Part shown: piece after piece, positions 37,501-49,612 of the stretch
Position numbering within the stretch: position 1 is the stretch's first letter
Layout: the number at the start of each line of letters is the position of its first letter
NCBI RefSeq assembly: GCF_030028105.1
Contig: NC_092398.1
Location: 25,559,649 to 25,623,648, forward strand
From: Mobula birostris
Lineage: Eukaryota
Direction of reading: 5' to 3'
Length of the DNA: 64,000 nucleotides
The notes under the pieces: model-generated
Database searches by the model: none
What the model saw: the letters and a program-made list of their open reading frames with translations, nothing else
What the model was told of the DNA's origin: nothing
Made by a program: the position numbers and the translations under genes

Positions 37501-40449
37501 CATAGAAAATAGGTGCAGGAGTAGGACATTCAGCCCTTCGAGCTGGCACCACCATTCAGTATGATCATGGCTGATCATCCAACTCAGAACCCTGTACCTG
37601 CCTCCTCTCCATCCCCCCTGATCCCTTTACCCACAAGGGCCATATCTAACTCCCTCTTAAATATAGCCAATGAACTGGCCTCAACTGTTTCCTGTGGCAG
37701 AGAATTCCACAAATTCACCAATCTCTGTGTGAAGAAGTTTTTCCACATCTAGGTCCTAAAAGGCTTCCCCTTTATCCTCAAACTGTGACCCCTCGTTCTG
37801 GACTTCCCCAACATCGGGAACAATCTTCCTGCATCTAGCCTGGCCAATTCCTTTAGAATTTTATACATTTCAATAAGATCCTTTCTGAATCTTCTAAATT
37901 CCAGAGACTATAAGCCTAGTCAATCCAGTCTTTCATCATATGAAAGTCCTGCCATCCCACGAATCAATCTGGTGAACCTTCTTTGTACTCCCTCTATGGC
38001 AAGAATGTCTTTCCTCAGATTAGGGAACCAAAACTGCACACAATGCTCCAGGTGTGGTCTCACCAAGGCCTTGTACAACTGCAGTAGTACCTCCCCGCTC
38101 CTGTACTCGAATCCTCTTGCTATGAATGCCAGCATACCATTTGCCTTTTTCACCGCCTGCTGTACCTGCATGCCCACTTTCAATGACTGGTTTACAATGA
38201 CACCCAGGTCTCGTTGCACCTCCCCTTTTCCTAATCGGCCACCATTCAGATAATAATCTGTTTTCCTGTTCTTGCCACCTCACATTTACCCACATTAAAT
38301 TGCATCTGCCATAAATTTGCCCACCCACCTAACCTATCAAAGTCACCCTGCATCCTCTTAGCATCCTCCTCACAGCTAACACTGCCGCCCAGCTTCGTGT
38401 CATCCATGAACTTAGAGACAGTGCATTTAATTCCCTCCTCTAAGTCATTAATATATATTGTAAACAACTGGGGTCCCAGCACTGGGCCTTGCAGTACCCC
38501 ACTAGTCACTGCCTGCCATTCTGAAAAGGTCCCGTTTATTCCCACTCTTTGCTTCCTGTCTGCCAACCAATTCTCTATCCACATCAATACCATACCCCCA
38601 ATACCGTGTGCTTTAAGCTTGCACACTAATCTCCTGTGTGGGACCTTGACAAAAGCCTTTTGAAATCCAAATATACCACATCCACTGGTTCTCCCCTATC
38701 CATTCTACTAGTTACATCCTCAAAAAATTCTATGAGATTCATCAGACATGATTTTCCTTTCACAAATCCATGCTGACTTTGTCCAATGATTTCATTGCTT
38801 TCCAAATCTGCTGTTATCACATCCTTGATAACTGACTCTAGCATTTTCCCCATCACCGATGTCAGGCTTACCGGTCTATAATTCCCCGGTTTCTCTCTCC
38901 CTCTTTTTTTAAAAAGCGGGGTTACATTAGCCACCCTCCAATTCTCAGGAACTAATCCAGAATCTAAAGAGTTTTGAAAAATTATCACTAATGCATCCAC
39001 TATTTCTTGGGCTACTTCCTTAAGCACCCTGGGATGCAGACCATCTGGCCCTGGGGATTTATCTGCCTTTAATCCCTTCAATTTACCTAACACCACTTCC
39101 CTACTGACATGTATTTCCTTCAGTTCCTCCATCTCACTAGACCCTCGGTCCCCTACTATTTCCAGAAGATTATTTATGTCCTGCTTAGTGAAGACAGAAC
39201 CAAAGTAGTTATTCAATTGGTCTGCCATGTCCTTGTTCCCCATAATCAATTCACCTGTTTCTGTCTGCAGGGAACCTACATTTGTCTTAACCAATCTTTT
39301 TCTTTTCACATATCTATAAAAGTTTTTACAGTCAGTTTTTATGTTCTCTGCCAGCTTTCTCTCATAATCTTTTTTCCCTTTCCTAATTAAGCCCTGTGTC
39401 CTCCTCTGCTGGACTCTGAATTTCTCCCAGTCCTCAGGTGTGATGCTTTTTCTGACTAATTTGTAGGTTTCTTCTTTAGAATTGATACTATCCCTAATTT
39501 CCCTTGTCAGCCACGGGTGCACTACTTTCCCTGGTTTATTCTTTTGACAAACTGGGATGAACAATTGTTGGAGTTCATCCATGCGATCTTTAAATGCTTG
39601 CCGTTGCATATCCACCTTCAACCCTTTCAGTATCACTTGCCAGTCTATCTTAGCTAATTCACGTCACATACCTTCAAAGTTACCCTTCTTTAAGTTCAGA
39701 ACCTTTGTTTCTGAATTAAATATATCACTCTCCATCTTAATGAAGAATTCCACCATATTATGGTCACTCTTACCCCAAGGGCCTCACACGACAAGATTGC
39801 TAACTAACCCTTCCTCATTGCTCAATACCCAGTCTAGAATGGCCTGCTCTCTAGTTGGATCCTCGACATGTTGGTTCAGAAAACTATCCCGCATACATTC
39901 CAAGAAATCCTCTTCCTCAGCACCCTTACCAATTTGGTTCACCCAATCTATATGTAGATTGAAGTCACCCAGTATAACTGCTGTTCCTTTATTGCACGCA
40001 TTTCTAATTTCCTGTTTAATACCATCCCCAAACTTACTACAACTGTTAAGTGGCCTGTACACAACTCCCACCAGTGTTTTCTGCCCCTTAGTGTTATGCA
40101 GCTCCACCCATATCGATTCCACATCCTCCCGGCTAATGTCTTTCCTTTCTATTGCGTTAATCTCCTCTCTAACCAGCAATGTCACCCCACCTTCTTTCCT
40201 TTCATGTCTATCCCTCCTGAATATTGAATATCCCTGAATGTTGAGCTCCCATCCTTGGTCACTCTGGAGCCATGTCTCTGTGATCCCAACTATATCATAT
40301 TCATTAATAACTATCTGCACATTCAATTCATCCACCTTGTTACGAAGGCTCCTTGCATTGACACACAAAGCCTTCAAGCTTGCTTTTACAACACTCTTAG
40401 CCCTTATGCAATTATGTTGAAAAGTGGCCCTTTTTGATTTTTGCCCTGG
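37501..40449 (-). mobile_element. CR1 LINE (ORF2 EN plus RT) nested in L1 ORF2
   Basis: CVNARSLRNK, GITETWL, KSPGPDG and FMDDTKLG motifs; 3' tail at 37501; 5-bp TSD ATTTT (37496-37500, 40450-40454). Confidence 0.95.
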
Positions 40450-41587
40450 ATTTTGTTGCATAAACATCGAGAAGGCCTTTGCCATACCAGAAAATGTTCC
40501 CCTAGAGCTAGACCTATCAAGCAGTGGGTCAATAGCACAGTTCAAATCTCCTGAAAAGATTAGATGGTGTGTATTCAGGTTAGGTATTATTGACAAGACC
40601 TTATTCGCAAAGTGGACGTCGTCCCAATTAGGGGCATAAGCATTTACCAAAATGACAGGTATCTGAAAAAGAGATCCAGAGACTATAATAAAGCGACCAT
40701 TAGGGTCACTGATTACATCAGATGGTGTAAACTGCATTCTATTGGTGATTAATATTGCCACCCCCCTGGACCTACTATTAAATCTGGAATGAAAACCTAA
40801 CTAATCCATGCTTTATGAAGTCTATTATGGTCTGCCACTCTTAAATGTGTCTCTTGTAGAAATAGTATATCTGCCTTTAATTCTTTCAGATGAGAGAAAA
40901 CTTCAGCTCTTTTAACAGGACCATTGACCCCTTTACACTCCAAGAAGTAAACCTCACAGGGTGGACTCCATCAGCAGCACTCACGTTAACCATATTAAAA
41001 GACAAACAGGACCTACAATCCAAACAGTGCGAGGGCACAAGCTGCACACAATAACGCACAATGAAAAGAAAGTCTGGCCAATCCATAACACACAAAACAA
41101 TAAGCTGCCATGGAAATACCCCAAAACACTCCCCCCCACCCCTTTACACAAACAACAAAAAAACCCAATTAACCCCCGAAAACTAGATCTACCTCCCCAA
41201 CTGAGGATGATAGCAGGCATTACCAAACAAAAAATTTCCAAAGCGTTCCCCATACAACCAAACTTTCAATCTAATCTAGGGTGGCTCCCCTCCTTAAAAT
41301 TTTTACCGTCACTTATTCTACCTTTAATATATATAGGCTAAGAATAACACAGGTCAAGCAAAACATCTTAAAAAAATTAGGAAACTAAATGCCAGAGATA
41401 CAAATCCCGAATGTTTACATTTTTCTGGTTAAAAGTTTTTGTTAATCAGATTCCGCAGCACAGCAGTTCGACCCGATTGTGTTCCTCAAATTAAAATGGA
41501 AAAAAATGAACAAAGTGAATTGCGAAAATTAACAGTTTGCCTCGGCAGGAGGCCCCTTCAATGCTGCATGAATAACCTAAAAGAAAG

Positions 41588-42502
41588 TCATTGCTCTTCT
41601 TGTTCTTCTTCTCCCCAGTGTGAATGGTAAAACTCTTTGGCCGCCTCTGGTGAATCGAAATAATGTTTTTTACCTTCATGCATGATCCGGAGCCAGGCAG
41701 GATACAAGAGGCCAAACCTGACCCCTTTCCCATAAAGCAGGGATTTCACCTCCTTGAAAGCTGCTCGTTTTTCCCCCAGCTCCGCACTAAAATCTTCATG
41801 AAAAAACACACGATGTCCACAGAAATACAGCTTCTGCTTCCTTCTATTGATGCATTGCTTATCTTGAAAGAAGTGAAAGAGAACCAGGAACGTTCTTGGT
41901 CTCGTTTGTTTAGCTTCAGAGACACCGGCTGGTTTAGGCCTGACTCGGTGAGCACGCGAAAGCACGAGAGGCCTTGGGAAGAAATTTGTCCACAGCACTT
42001 CGTCAAAAAACTCAGTCATAAATTTAACAGGGTCCGAACCTTCCAAGTTTCCAGGAATGCTGACCAATCTCAAATTGGATTTCTGCGACCGATTTTCAAG
42101 GCCATCAAGCTTTCTCTTCAGAAATGCGTTTTCGCTCTGCAACGCTGCAATGGCGGCTTCGGCGCTCACCAGTCGGTCACTGTAATCATTCAGGCCATCT
42201 TCAACCTCACGAATGCGTTCGTCATGTGACTCGTAATAAGACATAATTTGTTCCATGGTTACATTCACTGGTGACAAAGCATCTTCAAGTTCTCTTTTTA
42301 GGGCAGAATGCATCGCTTGCATCATGTCAGTAAGAAGTACTAAACAAAACCTCTCCAAGTCATCGGGCAGTGCAGGTCCAGGTCCAGCAACATGCAATAG
42401 CACCATTACTGTAACATCAGCTTTCTTGCTCGAGGCTTCACTATCTGTTTCCCCAGTTTTACTTCGAAGGTACATTTTATTTGCCATTTCAGTGTCCAGC
42501 AA
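41588..42502 (-). CDS. L1 ORF1p (304 aa, open)
   Basis: Coiled coil (ERIREVEDGL...LENRSQKSNLRL), RAHRV and FHEDFS motifs typical of L1 ORF1. Confidence 0.85.
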   Translation of the reverse strand: MLDTEMANKMYLRSKTGETDSEASSKKADVTVMVLLHVAGPGPALPDDLERFCLVLLTDMMQAMHSALKRELEDALSPVNVTMEQIMSYYESHDERIREVEDGLNDYSDRLVSAEAAIAALQSENAFLKRKLDGLENRSQKSNLRLVSIPGNLEGSDPVKFMTEFFDEVLWTNFFPRPLVLSRAHRVRPKPAGVSEAKQTRPRTFLVLFHFFQDKQCINRRKQKLYFCGHRVFFHEDFSAELGEKRAAFKEVKSLLYGKGVRFGLLYPAWLRIMHEGKKHYFDSPEAAKEFYHSHWGEEEQEEQ

Positions 42503-45500
42503 TGTCCTGGGTTGTTCACAATGTTAAATATTCAGTTATCTCAAGCATACGGCAAAGGTAAACAGGTAGATTTTCAATAAAAATTGGGAGCCACATTCAC
42601 ACGCACCCAGTCACTCCATGCCCAACCTGGAAGTCCCAAAAGTCGACATTTTTAAATAAACATTTTTTCTTCTCCCTTATTCTGAATTTTGATAATTTCT
42701 TCTTGCAAGCTCTCTTTCTGTTCTTCCACCTTGCAAAGGAATGGGCTAATTACCCAGTCCGAAATTTCTGGATCATTCAAATCCTTGAATCAATTCTGAA
42801 AATCATTCTTTGGTGACTGCAGGTGTAAGGAGCACTCTTGCAAATCACCATCTGTGAAAGAGAGTGCCATACTTTCCATGCAGGGAAACTGAGAATGTTC
42901 TTCTCCCAATGTTTTACTTGTATATTTCCAATTTTCTGATAAGAGTGGACATTGCACTTTTTGCCTGGATGAAATTGAAGTTTTCACCCTGCAGTTTCAT
43001 ATTTAGAATATTCAGTTTGTCATACAGATTGGCTTCGTTTGCCACATCTCCATATAGAAGTTCAATCTTGTTGAATTCCACCAGTGTCAAAAAGATCAAA
43101 GAAACGTTTTAAGCAGCAACCTTTTGACAGCCAACACACTTCAGTATGAAGAAGCATGCGTTCAATCTCTGCATTGTTATCTTGGCATAAATGGTGAAAT
43201 ATTCTGCTATTTAATGGATGAGCTTTAATTTTGTTGATAGCAGATATTACAAGAGTTATGCTTGAAAAAACTCACGAGCTGAGGTTTTTGGCTGCGAGAT
43301 GTTGACGATGAATTACACAATGGATTGCAAACAGACTTGGAATTTCCTTTTTCATTAATGCCACTAAACCGGCCATGGCAACCTGTCATTTATGGTGCTC
43401 CATCTCTTGTACAAGAAATCATGTTCCTAATTGAAATACTTTCATCCTCAATATACATTTTACAAATGAGAATTTCTTCATAAACTTTCCCCTTTTTGAC
43501 AAACCGTACATATGACTTTAGCAATGCCGCGTTGCCTTACGCTGTTTACTCATCCAGTTGTATCCCAAATTCTGTTTTCTGTGGCTCTGTGTACAGTTGA
43601 TATTCCACATCTTCACTCATTTCATCAATATGATGAGCTATCGCTCAGAGGAATTGATTTTAAAATACTGGTTTCCATTTTGAGAACAGTGGTGAAGCAC
43701 TTCTGATACAGCCGGCATTATTAATCTTTCACCAATTCTATGAGATTTTCCACACCTTGTTATCATTTTGGAAATGATATAAGAAGCAATAAGACCACAA
43801 GCAACGTCATTTCTTGGCAAATGACTCGAGTGTGCAATGGTTTTCCAATGCTTCTTTCATCTTCTTGAACCGATTAATACCATAAGTAGCCTTTTCAGGG
43901 TGTCTTTTACAGAAGTGTTCCTGCAATCTTGATGGTTTCATGGATTCATTAGACAGTACAGTATTACAAATAGGAAACATGGGGCGCTGCTGATCTAACA
44001 GGATGGAATAAAACCATATTCCAGGTATGTAACTTTGTATTGACACACTTTGTGTAATTTCTGTTTCTTAGCAGGATTAGAATCCAAGGCTTCACCACCT
44101 TCAAACTTGTAGAGATCGCACCGTACATACTTACCCATTGTTAACGGGGCTAAATTAAAATAATAAATTAACACCACTGGGAATGCCTATCGGATGTTGA
44201 TGGCAGTGAGTTGACACGGATGGAACGATGGCAGTGGCACGCAAAGGAACAGCGAGGCAAAGGTGAAGACGATCACAACTGCAAAAATTACATTGACAAG
44301 GATTCAGATTGGAATCGAATGTTAGTCGGGACAGAGCTTGTGTTTGGGAGGCCATCTTCTTACTATTCCAGTCAGCACGATTGACCAGTCACGTAAAGTT
44401 TCGTAATCCCCAAAGATGGTTCTTGACCGCACATATGAAGCCGAGGTCACTTTGAACACCTCAAGAGGATTCCTCAGTGTTGACGGGTTCACTGATTGAC
44501 TCTATTTCTCCATTTGGTTCTGGCCAGCGCTGTATCATTGCGTGACCTGTTTTCCATAGATCTGTTGCGAAGGTGGAGAGAGTGTACTTGACCTATCAAC
44601 TATTAAATTGCACGAACTCGTTCCGTGCTGCAAGCCAAGGGTAATTGTTGGACACCCTGTTTGTTAATTTATGCATCCCCAATAATGTCTGTTTGGTTGG
44701 TAAGGTTGGATGAGATTGTCAAATTTCAGACTTGTTGTGATGACGGGTGCTCACCGCCTGCTGAGCTGTGGTTCTTCCTGTGTTCCAGTGCCTCATCCTT
44801 TTTGTCCGAAGTGCCTAGTCTACTAACGGTCGGTCAGGTCTCGAGCCTCAAGTAGGGGTGTCACTCTTCCCCCATGACATCATACAATACCGCACTCCCC
44901 TTGGGAATCACTGCTGCAGCTCAGTCACTTTGAGGTGTGACATGTTGTACGTTCAGAGATGCTCTTCTGCACACCACTGCTGTAACACATGGTGATTTGA
45001 GTTACTGTCCCCATCCTGTCAGATTGAACCAGTCTGGCCATCCTCCTCTGACCTCTCTCATTAACAAGGTGCTTTCACCCACAAAACTGCCGCTCACTGG
45101 ATGTTTTTTCTTTGTCGCACTGTTCTCTGTGAACTCGAGAGACCGTTGTGTATGAAAATCCCAGGAGATTAGCAGTTTCTGAGATACTCAGACCACCCCA
45201 TCTGGTCCATGGTCAAAGTTAATTAGATTGTATTTCTTCCCCATTCTGATGTTTGGTCTGAACAACAACTGAACCTCTTGACAACGTCTGCATGCTTTTA
45301 TGCATTGAGTTGCTGGCACATGATTGGCTGATTAGAGGTTTATATTAACGAGCAGGCGTACCTAATAAAGTGGACACTGAGTCTATGTCATTGATATCAG
45401 ACCTGATTCTGATATGCACTAACCTGTAACTAATTAACCTCACTATGCAAATATTTATTCCTAAGTATTTCCACCTTACGGAAACTTTGGGTTACCGACA

Positions 45501-46196
45501 GTTCTTGAAACACTTGTGACTTAGGAGTGACTGAAAGAACCATACCGCTGGTGAGAGGCAGATGAGCAGGGGACAGTTTCTAAACACAAAAGATTCTGCA
45601 GATGGTGGCAATCCAAAGCAGTTCCGGATTGGCACACACTCACACTCACACTCACACTGACACTCACACTCACACACTCACACTCACACACACACACACA
45701 CACACACACAAATTCAGCAGGCCAAGCAGCATCTAGGGAGGTGAATAAACATAGGAACAGAATTAGGCCATTCGACCTATTGTGTCTGTTCCACCATTCC
45801 GTCATGGTGGAATCTCAAGGTTATATACGTTATACTTTATTGTCGCCAAACAATTGATACTAGAACGTACAATCATCACGATCATATTTGATTCTGCACT
45901 TCCCGCTCCCTGGATTACAAATTGATAGTAAATATTAAAAATTTAAATTATAAATCATAAATAGAAAATAGAAAAATGGAAAGTAAAGTAGTGCAAAAAA
46001 ACCGAGAGGCAGGTCCGGATATTTGGAGGGTACGGCCCAGGTCCGGGTCAGGATCCGTTCAGCAGTCTTCTCACATAAAGTATATCGTACACATGCTTTA
46101 ATAATAAACATACTTTGAACTTTGAAATTCTGTTGCTCTTTACTTTTCCTGATCCTGTAACCAAGTTCAGCTTCAATGTGTTTCTGTCCACTGCAG

Positions 46197-46478
46197 CGAA
46201 GCTGACGATCACAATAACCTCAAGACACCTGAAGAACAGAGAGAATAACTTGGCCCTGACATGCCAAGTGCATGGATTTTATCCCAAGAAAATCCACGCA
46301 ACGTGGCTGCGGAATGGTGTGGCGATCGATCAGGAAGTGCTAATGACGAAAATTTTACCCAACCAGGATAGGATGTTCCAAGTCCGGCTACAGGTCGAAA
46401 TTGACCCTGGGAAGGGTGACACTTACACTTGTGAAATCGAGCATCTGAGCGTCCCTGACAAGCTGCATACAGTTTGGG
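46197..46478 (+). CDS. Gene B exon 3: MHC-type Ig C1-set domain
   Basis: Acceptor tttctgtccactgcag|, 282 bp, phase 1-1, donor G|GTAAGG. Encodes AKLTITITSRHLKNRENNLALTCQVHGFYPKKIHATWLRNGVAIDQEVLMTKILPNQDRMFQVRLQVEIDPGKGDTYTCEIEHLSVPDKLHTVW, with canonical C1 motifs (LTCxVxGFYP, W, YxCxxxH). In frame with exon 2. Confidence 0.95.
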
Positions 46479-48009
46479 GTAAGGCTCAGTGTCTGAGTAA
46501 TTTGGGGTCCAGTGTACTGGTGATGATCTGGTTCACACTCTGTCCAACACTATATTATACACTCAGTGGCCACTTTATCAGGCACCTCCGCTACATAATA
46601 AAGTGACCATTGAGTGTAAGGTCGTGGTCTTATGCTGCTGTAGCTCATCCGCTTCAAGGTTGGAAATGTTTGCGTTCAGTGACGCTCTTCCGCACACCAA
46701 CATTGTATCAGGCGGTTCTTTCAGTTACTGTCGTGTTCCTGTTAGCGTGAACCAGTCTGGCCATTCTCCTCTGAAATCTCACTAACAAGGCACTTTTGCC
46801 CACAACTGCCACTCAGTAGATGATTTTTTTTTTTGTTTTTCACACTGTTCACTTTAAACTCTCGAGACTTGTGCCTGAAAATCCCGCGAGCTCAACAATT
46901 TCTGAGGTACTCAAACCACCCCGTCGTGCATCAGCATCGTTCAAAGGTACATTTATTATCAAACTATGTATTCAGTATTCAACTCTGAGATTCATCTTCT
47001 CCAGACAGCCACAAAAAAAAAGAAATCCATGGAAGTCATTCAAAGATAAACGTCAACCCTCACCCTCCACTGCACAAAAAAATCAAAACTTAACAAGAAC
47101 ATCAACCCCCCCAAACCCCCACCCTGCAGGAAAAAAATCAAAATGCAACAAGAACATCAACCCAGCAAAACCCCACTCCCCCGCACAAAAAACTAACAAA
47201 ACATGCTCTGCAACAACAAGGTGAAAGAACAGGGGAAAACACAGAATATGAAAATCATAGTCCAATCCATAAATTCAGAACCTTGGTAATGTCCTCTGAC
47301 TAACAGCGGGAGAGAGAGAGAGACCACTCAAACACAGAGGCCTACCCGCCAACAACAGTGAGTGAAAGGCACCACACAAACTCCTCTCACAGCAGAGAAA
47401 TCCATCCCTGCAATCAAAAGGCAAGCAGTTGCCTCAGATTCAATCTTCCTCGACACTTTAATCGGCAAAATGGAGTCGATTATTGGCCCCTGCCTTATCT
47501 TTAAGTTGCTTCACCTTGAGGCTGTTTGAGCTTCCCGGAATCTTCCCGGAGACAGCAAAGCACTAGATCACTCAATTGATCTGCAAACTGTAAATCACAG
47601 GCTCTTGACAGTTTCAGAAACACAGTTAAGATGAAAAGCAGACATAAAAGAAGTGAAATAAACAGTTTCATGGACTATCTGGTAGATGTCGACCAGGGGG
47701 ACGTTGTACACAGGCGCCAACTTGACTAGATTCCATGGTGAAAGTCACTCGGATCACATTTCTTCCCCAATCTGATGTTTGGTCTGAACAACAACTGGAC
47801 CTCTTGGCCTTGTCTGTATGCTTTGATGCATTGAGTTGCTGCCACATGATTGGGTGATTTGGTTCACATTTTCAACCCATTCAGGTTATGATTGTTTCGC
47901 AGGAACAGAATCCTGCTGTAACCTGGTGAGGATCAGTATCTCCCCTTTCTACATCAGTCATGGAGTAATACAGATATGGGCTCTTCAGCTCAACTGGACC
48001 ATGCTGATC

Positions 48010-49300
48010 ACCATAAGATCGTAAATTATAGGAGCAGAATTTGTCCATTTGGCCTATTGAATCTGCTTTGGCATTTCATGGCTAATTTATTATCCTCTGA
48101 ACCCCATATTTCTGCCTTCTCCCCGTAACCTTTGACACCCTTAATAATCAAGAACCTATCAACTTCATCTTTAAATATACCCAGTGACGTAGCCTCCAGA
48201 GCAGTCTGTGGCAATGAATTAAGGGACTTACCTAACAAAATTCCTTCTCATTTCTGTTCTAAAGGTATGTCCTTTTATTCTGAGGCTGTGGCCTCTGCTC
48301 CTAGACTCCCCCACGAGAGGAAACATCCTCTCCACGTCCACTCTATCTAGGCTTTTCAGTATTTGATAGGATTCAATGAGATTTACGCTCCCACCCCCCA
48401 CCCCCACCATTCTTCTAAACTCCACCAAGTACAGGCCCAGAGCCATCAAATGCTCATCATATGTTAACCCTTGCATTGTCAGGATCATTCTTGTTAACCT
48501 CATTCGGACCCTCTCCAGTACTCAAACTGCATCAGACCAATCTCTTATGAAGCCTCAGCATTACATCCTAACTTTTATATTCTAGTCTCTTGGAAAAGAA
48601 TGGTAACACTGCATTTGCCTTCCTTACTCCCGACTCAACCTGCAAATTAACCTTTAGGGAATCCTGTTCGAGGACCTCCAACTCCCTTTGCACCTTGGAT
48701 TTGTGTTTTCTCACGGTTAATACTTTCCTTCCTGGGATCATTCTCATAAACCTCCTCTGGGCCCTCTCTAAACCCGGTACATCCTTTTTAGATAAGAGGC
48801 CCGAAACTGCTCATAATACTTCAAGTGAGGTCTCACCAGTACCTTATAAAGCCTCAGTATCACGCCCTTGCTTTTATGTTCTAGTCCTCTCAAAACAAAT
48901 GCTCACATTGCATTTGCCTTCCTCAGCACCGACTCAAGCTGCAAATTAACCTTTAGGGAATCCTGCATAAGTACTCTCAAGTCCCTTCACACTTCTGAGT
49001 TCTGAATTTCCTCCCATTCAGAAAAATAATCTACGCCTTTATTCCTTCTGCCAAAATACACTTCCCGACACTTTTCCATCTGCTACTTCTTTGCCAATTC
49101 TCCCAATCTAAGTTCTTCTACTGACACCCTGCTTCCTTGATGCTACTTTCCCTTCACCTGTGAAATGCTCTCCGCATGTTAACCCTTTCATTCCCAGGAG
49201 TATTTCCCGTGAACCTCCTCTGAACCCTCGCCAACGCAAGCACATCTATTCTCAGATAAAACTGCTCACAATACTACAAGTGCGGATTTGACAAATGCCT
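48010..49300 (-). mobile_element. Cluster of CR1 3' fragments in intron 3 of gene B
   Basis: RMFPLVGESRSRGHSLRIKG-type ORF remnants and repeated CR1 segments. Confidence 0.8.
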
Positions 49301-49576
49301 AATGAGGCCTAGGGAGTGATGGGCAGTTCTAGGACAGTGGTCTCCAACCTCCGGGCCGTGAAGCATGCAGGGGTGCAACGGTAGCCGGAGCGCACCCAGC
49401 ACATCTTTAAGAAAAAAGCTAAACAAGCTAATTAATTAGGTGCCGTCCAGCATGTAAATGTTGGCCCAGATCAGAGGCTCTTGGCTTCATCCCTCCCCCT
49501 CCTGTCCTGTCCTATCATTTCGGGTCTCCTCCTCCCCCTTCCTCTCTCAAATCTCTTACTATGTCTTTTTTCCGTT

Positions 49577-49612
49577 AGTCCTGACGAAGAGTCTCGACCC
49601 AAAACGTCGTCT
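49577..49612 (+). ncRNA. Degenerate hammerhead copy (GAAA mutated to AAAA)
   Basis: AGTC-CTGACGA-A-GAGTCTCGACCC-AAAACGTC-GTCT within the same repeat family. Confidence 0.55.

Larger units (their letters stand above)
34073..42637 (-). mobile_element. Full-length L1 LINE (ORF1 intact, ORF2 broken)
   Basis: 5' end GGGACTTCC, poly-A tail near 34075, TSD core AAGTCGACAT (34063-34072, 42640-42649) at a TT/AAAA site. EN, RT (GKSPGPDG, LYADD) and C-terminal Cys/His motifs in the ORF fragments. Confidence 0.95.
33598..44913 (-). mobile_element. hAT Buster-subfamily DNA transposon with decayed transposase, interrupted by an L1
   Basis: TIRs CACTGTTTCCCAA (33598) and TTGGGAATCACTG (44901-44913); 8-bp TSD CTGTAGCC/CTGCAGCT (nnnTAnnn is Buster-typical). 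Transposase fragments LSNESMKPSRLQEH and FIQAKSAM (about 42700-44130) and C-terminal SSYLIES...KNRNRLDIV...LEPDI (about 33830-34070). Confidence 0.9.

Noticed and set aside
39557-40237. Plus-strand 226-aa ORF and similar antisense ORFs over LINEs
   Set aside because: Shadow ORFs opposite the CR1, L1 and Rex1 coding frames.
30705-46478. Calling gene B a classical class II beta or class I gene with a gene symbol
   Set aside because: It lacks the beta1 disulfide, W61/N82-type and W153 residues of class II beta, and has only one groove exon, unlike class I. No symbol can be justified without phylogeny.
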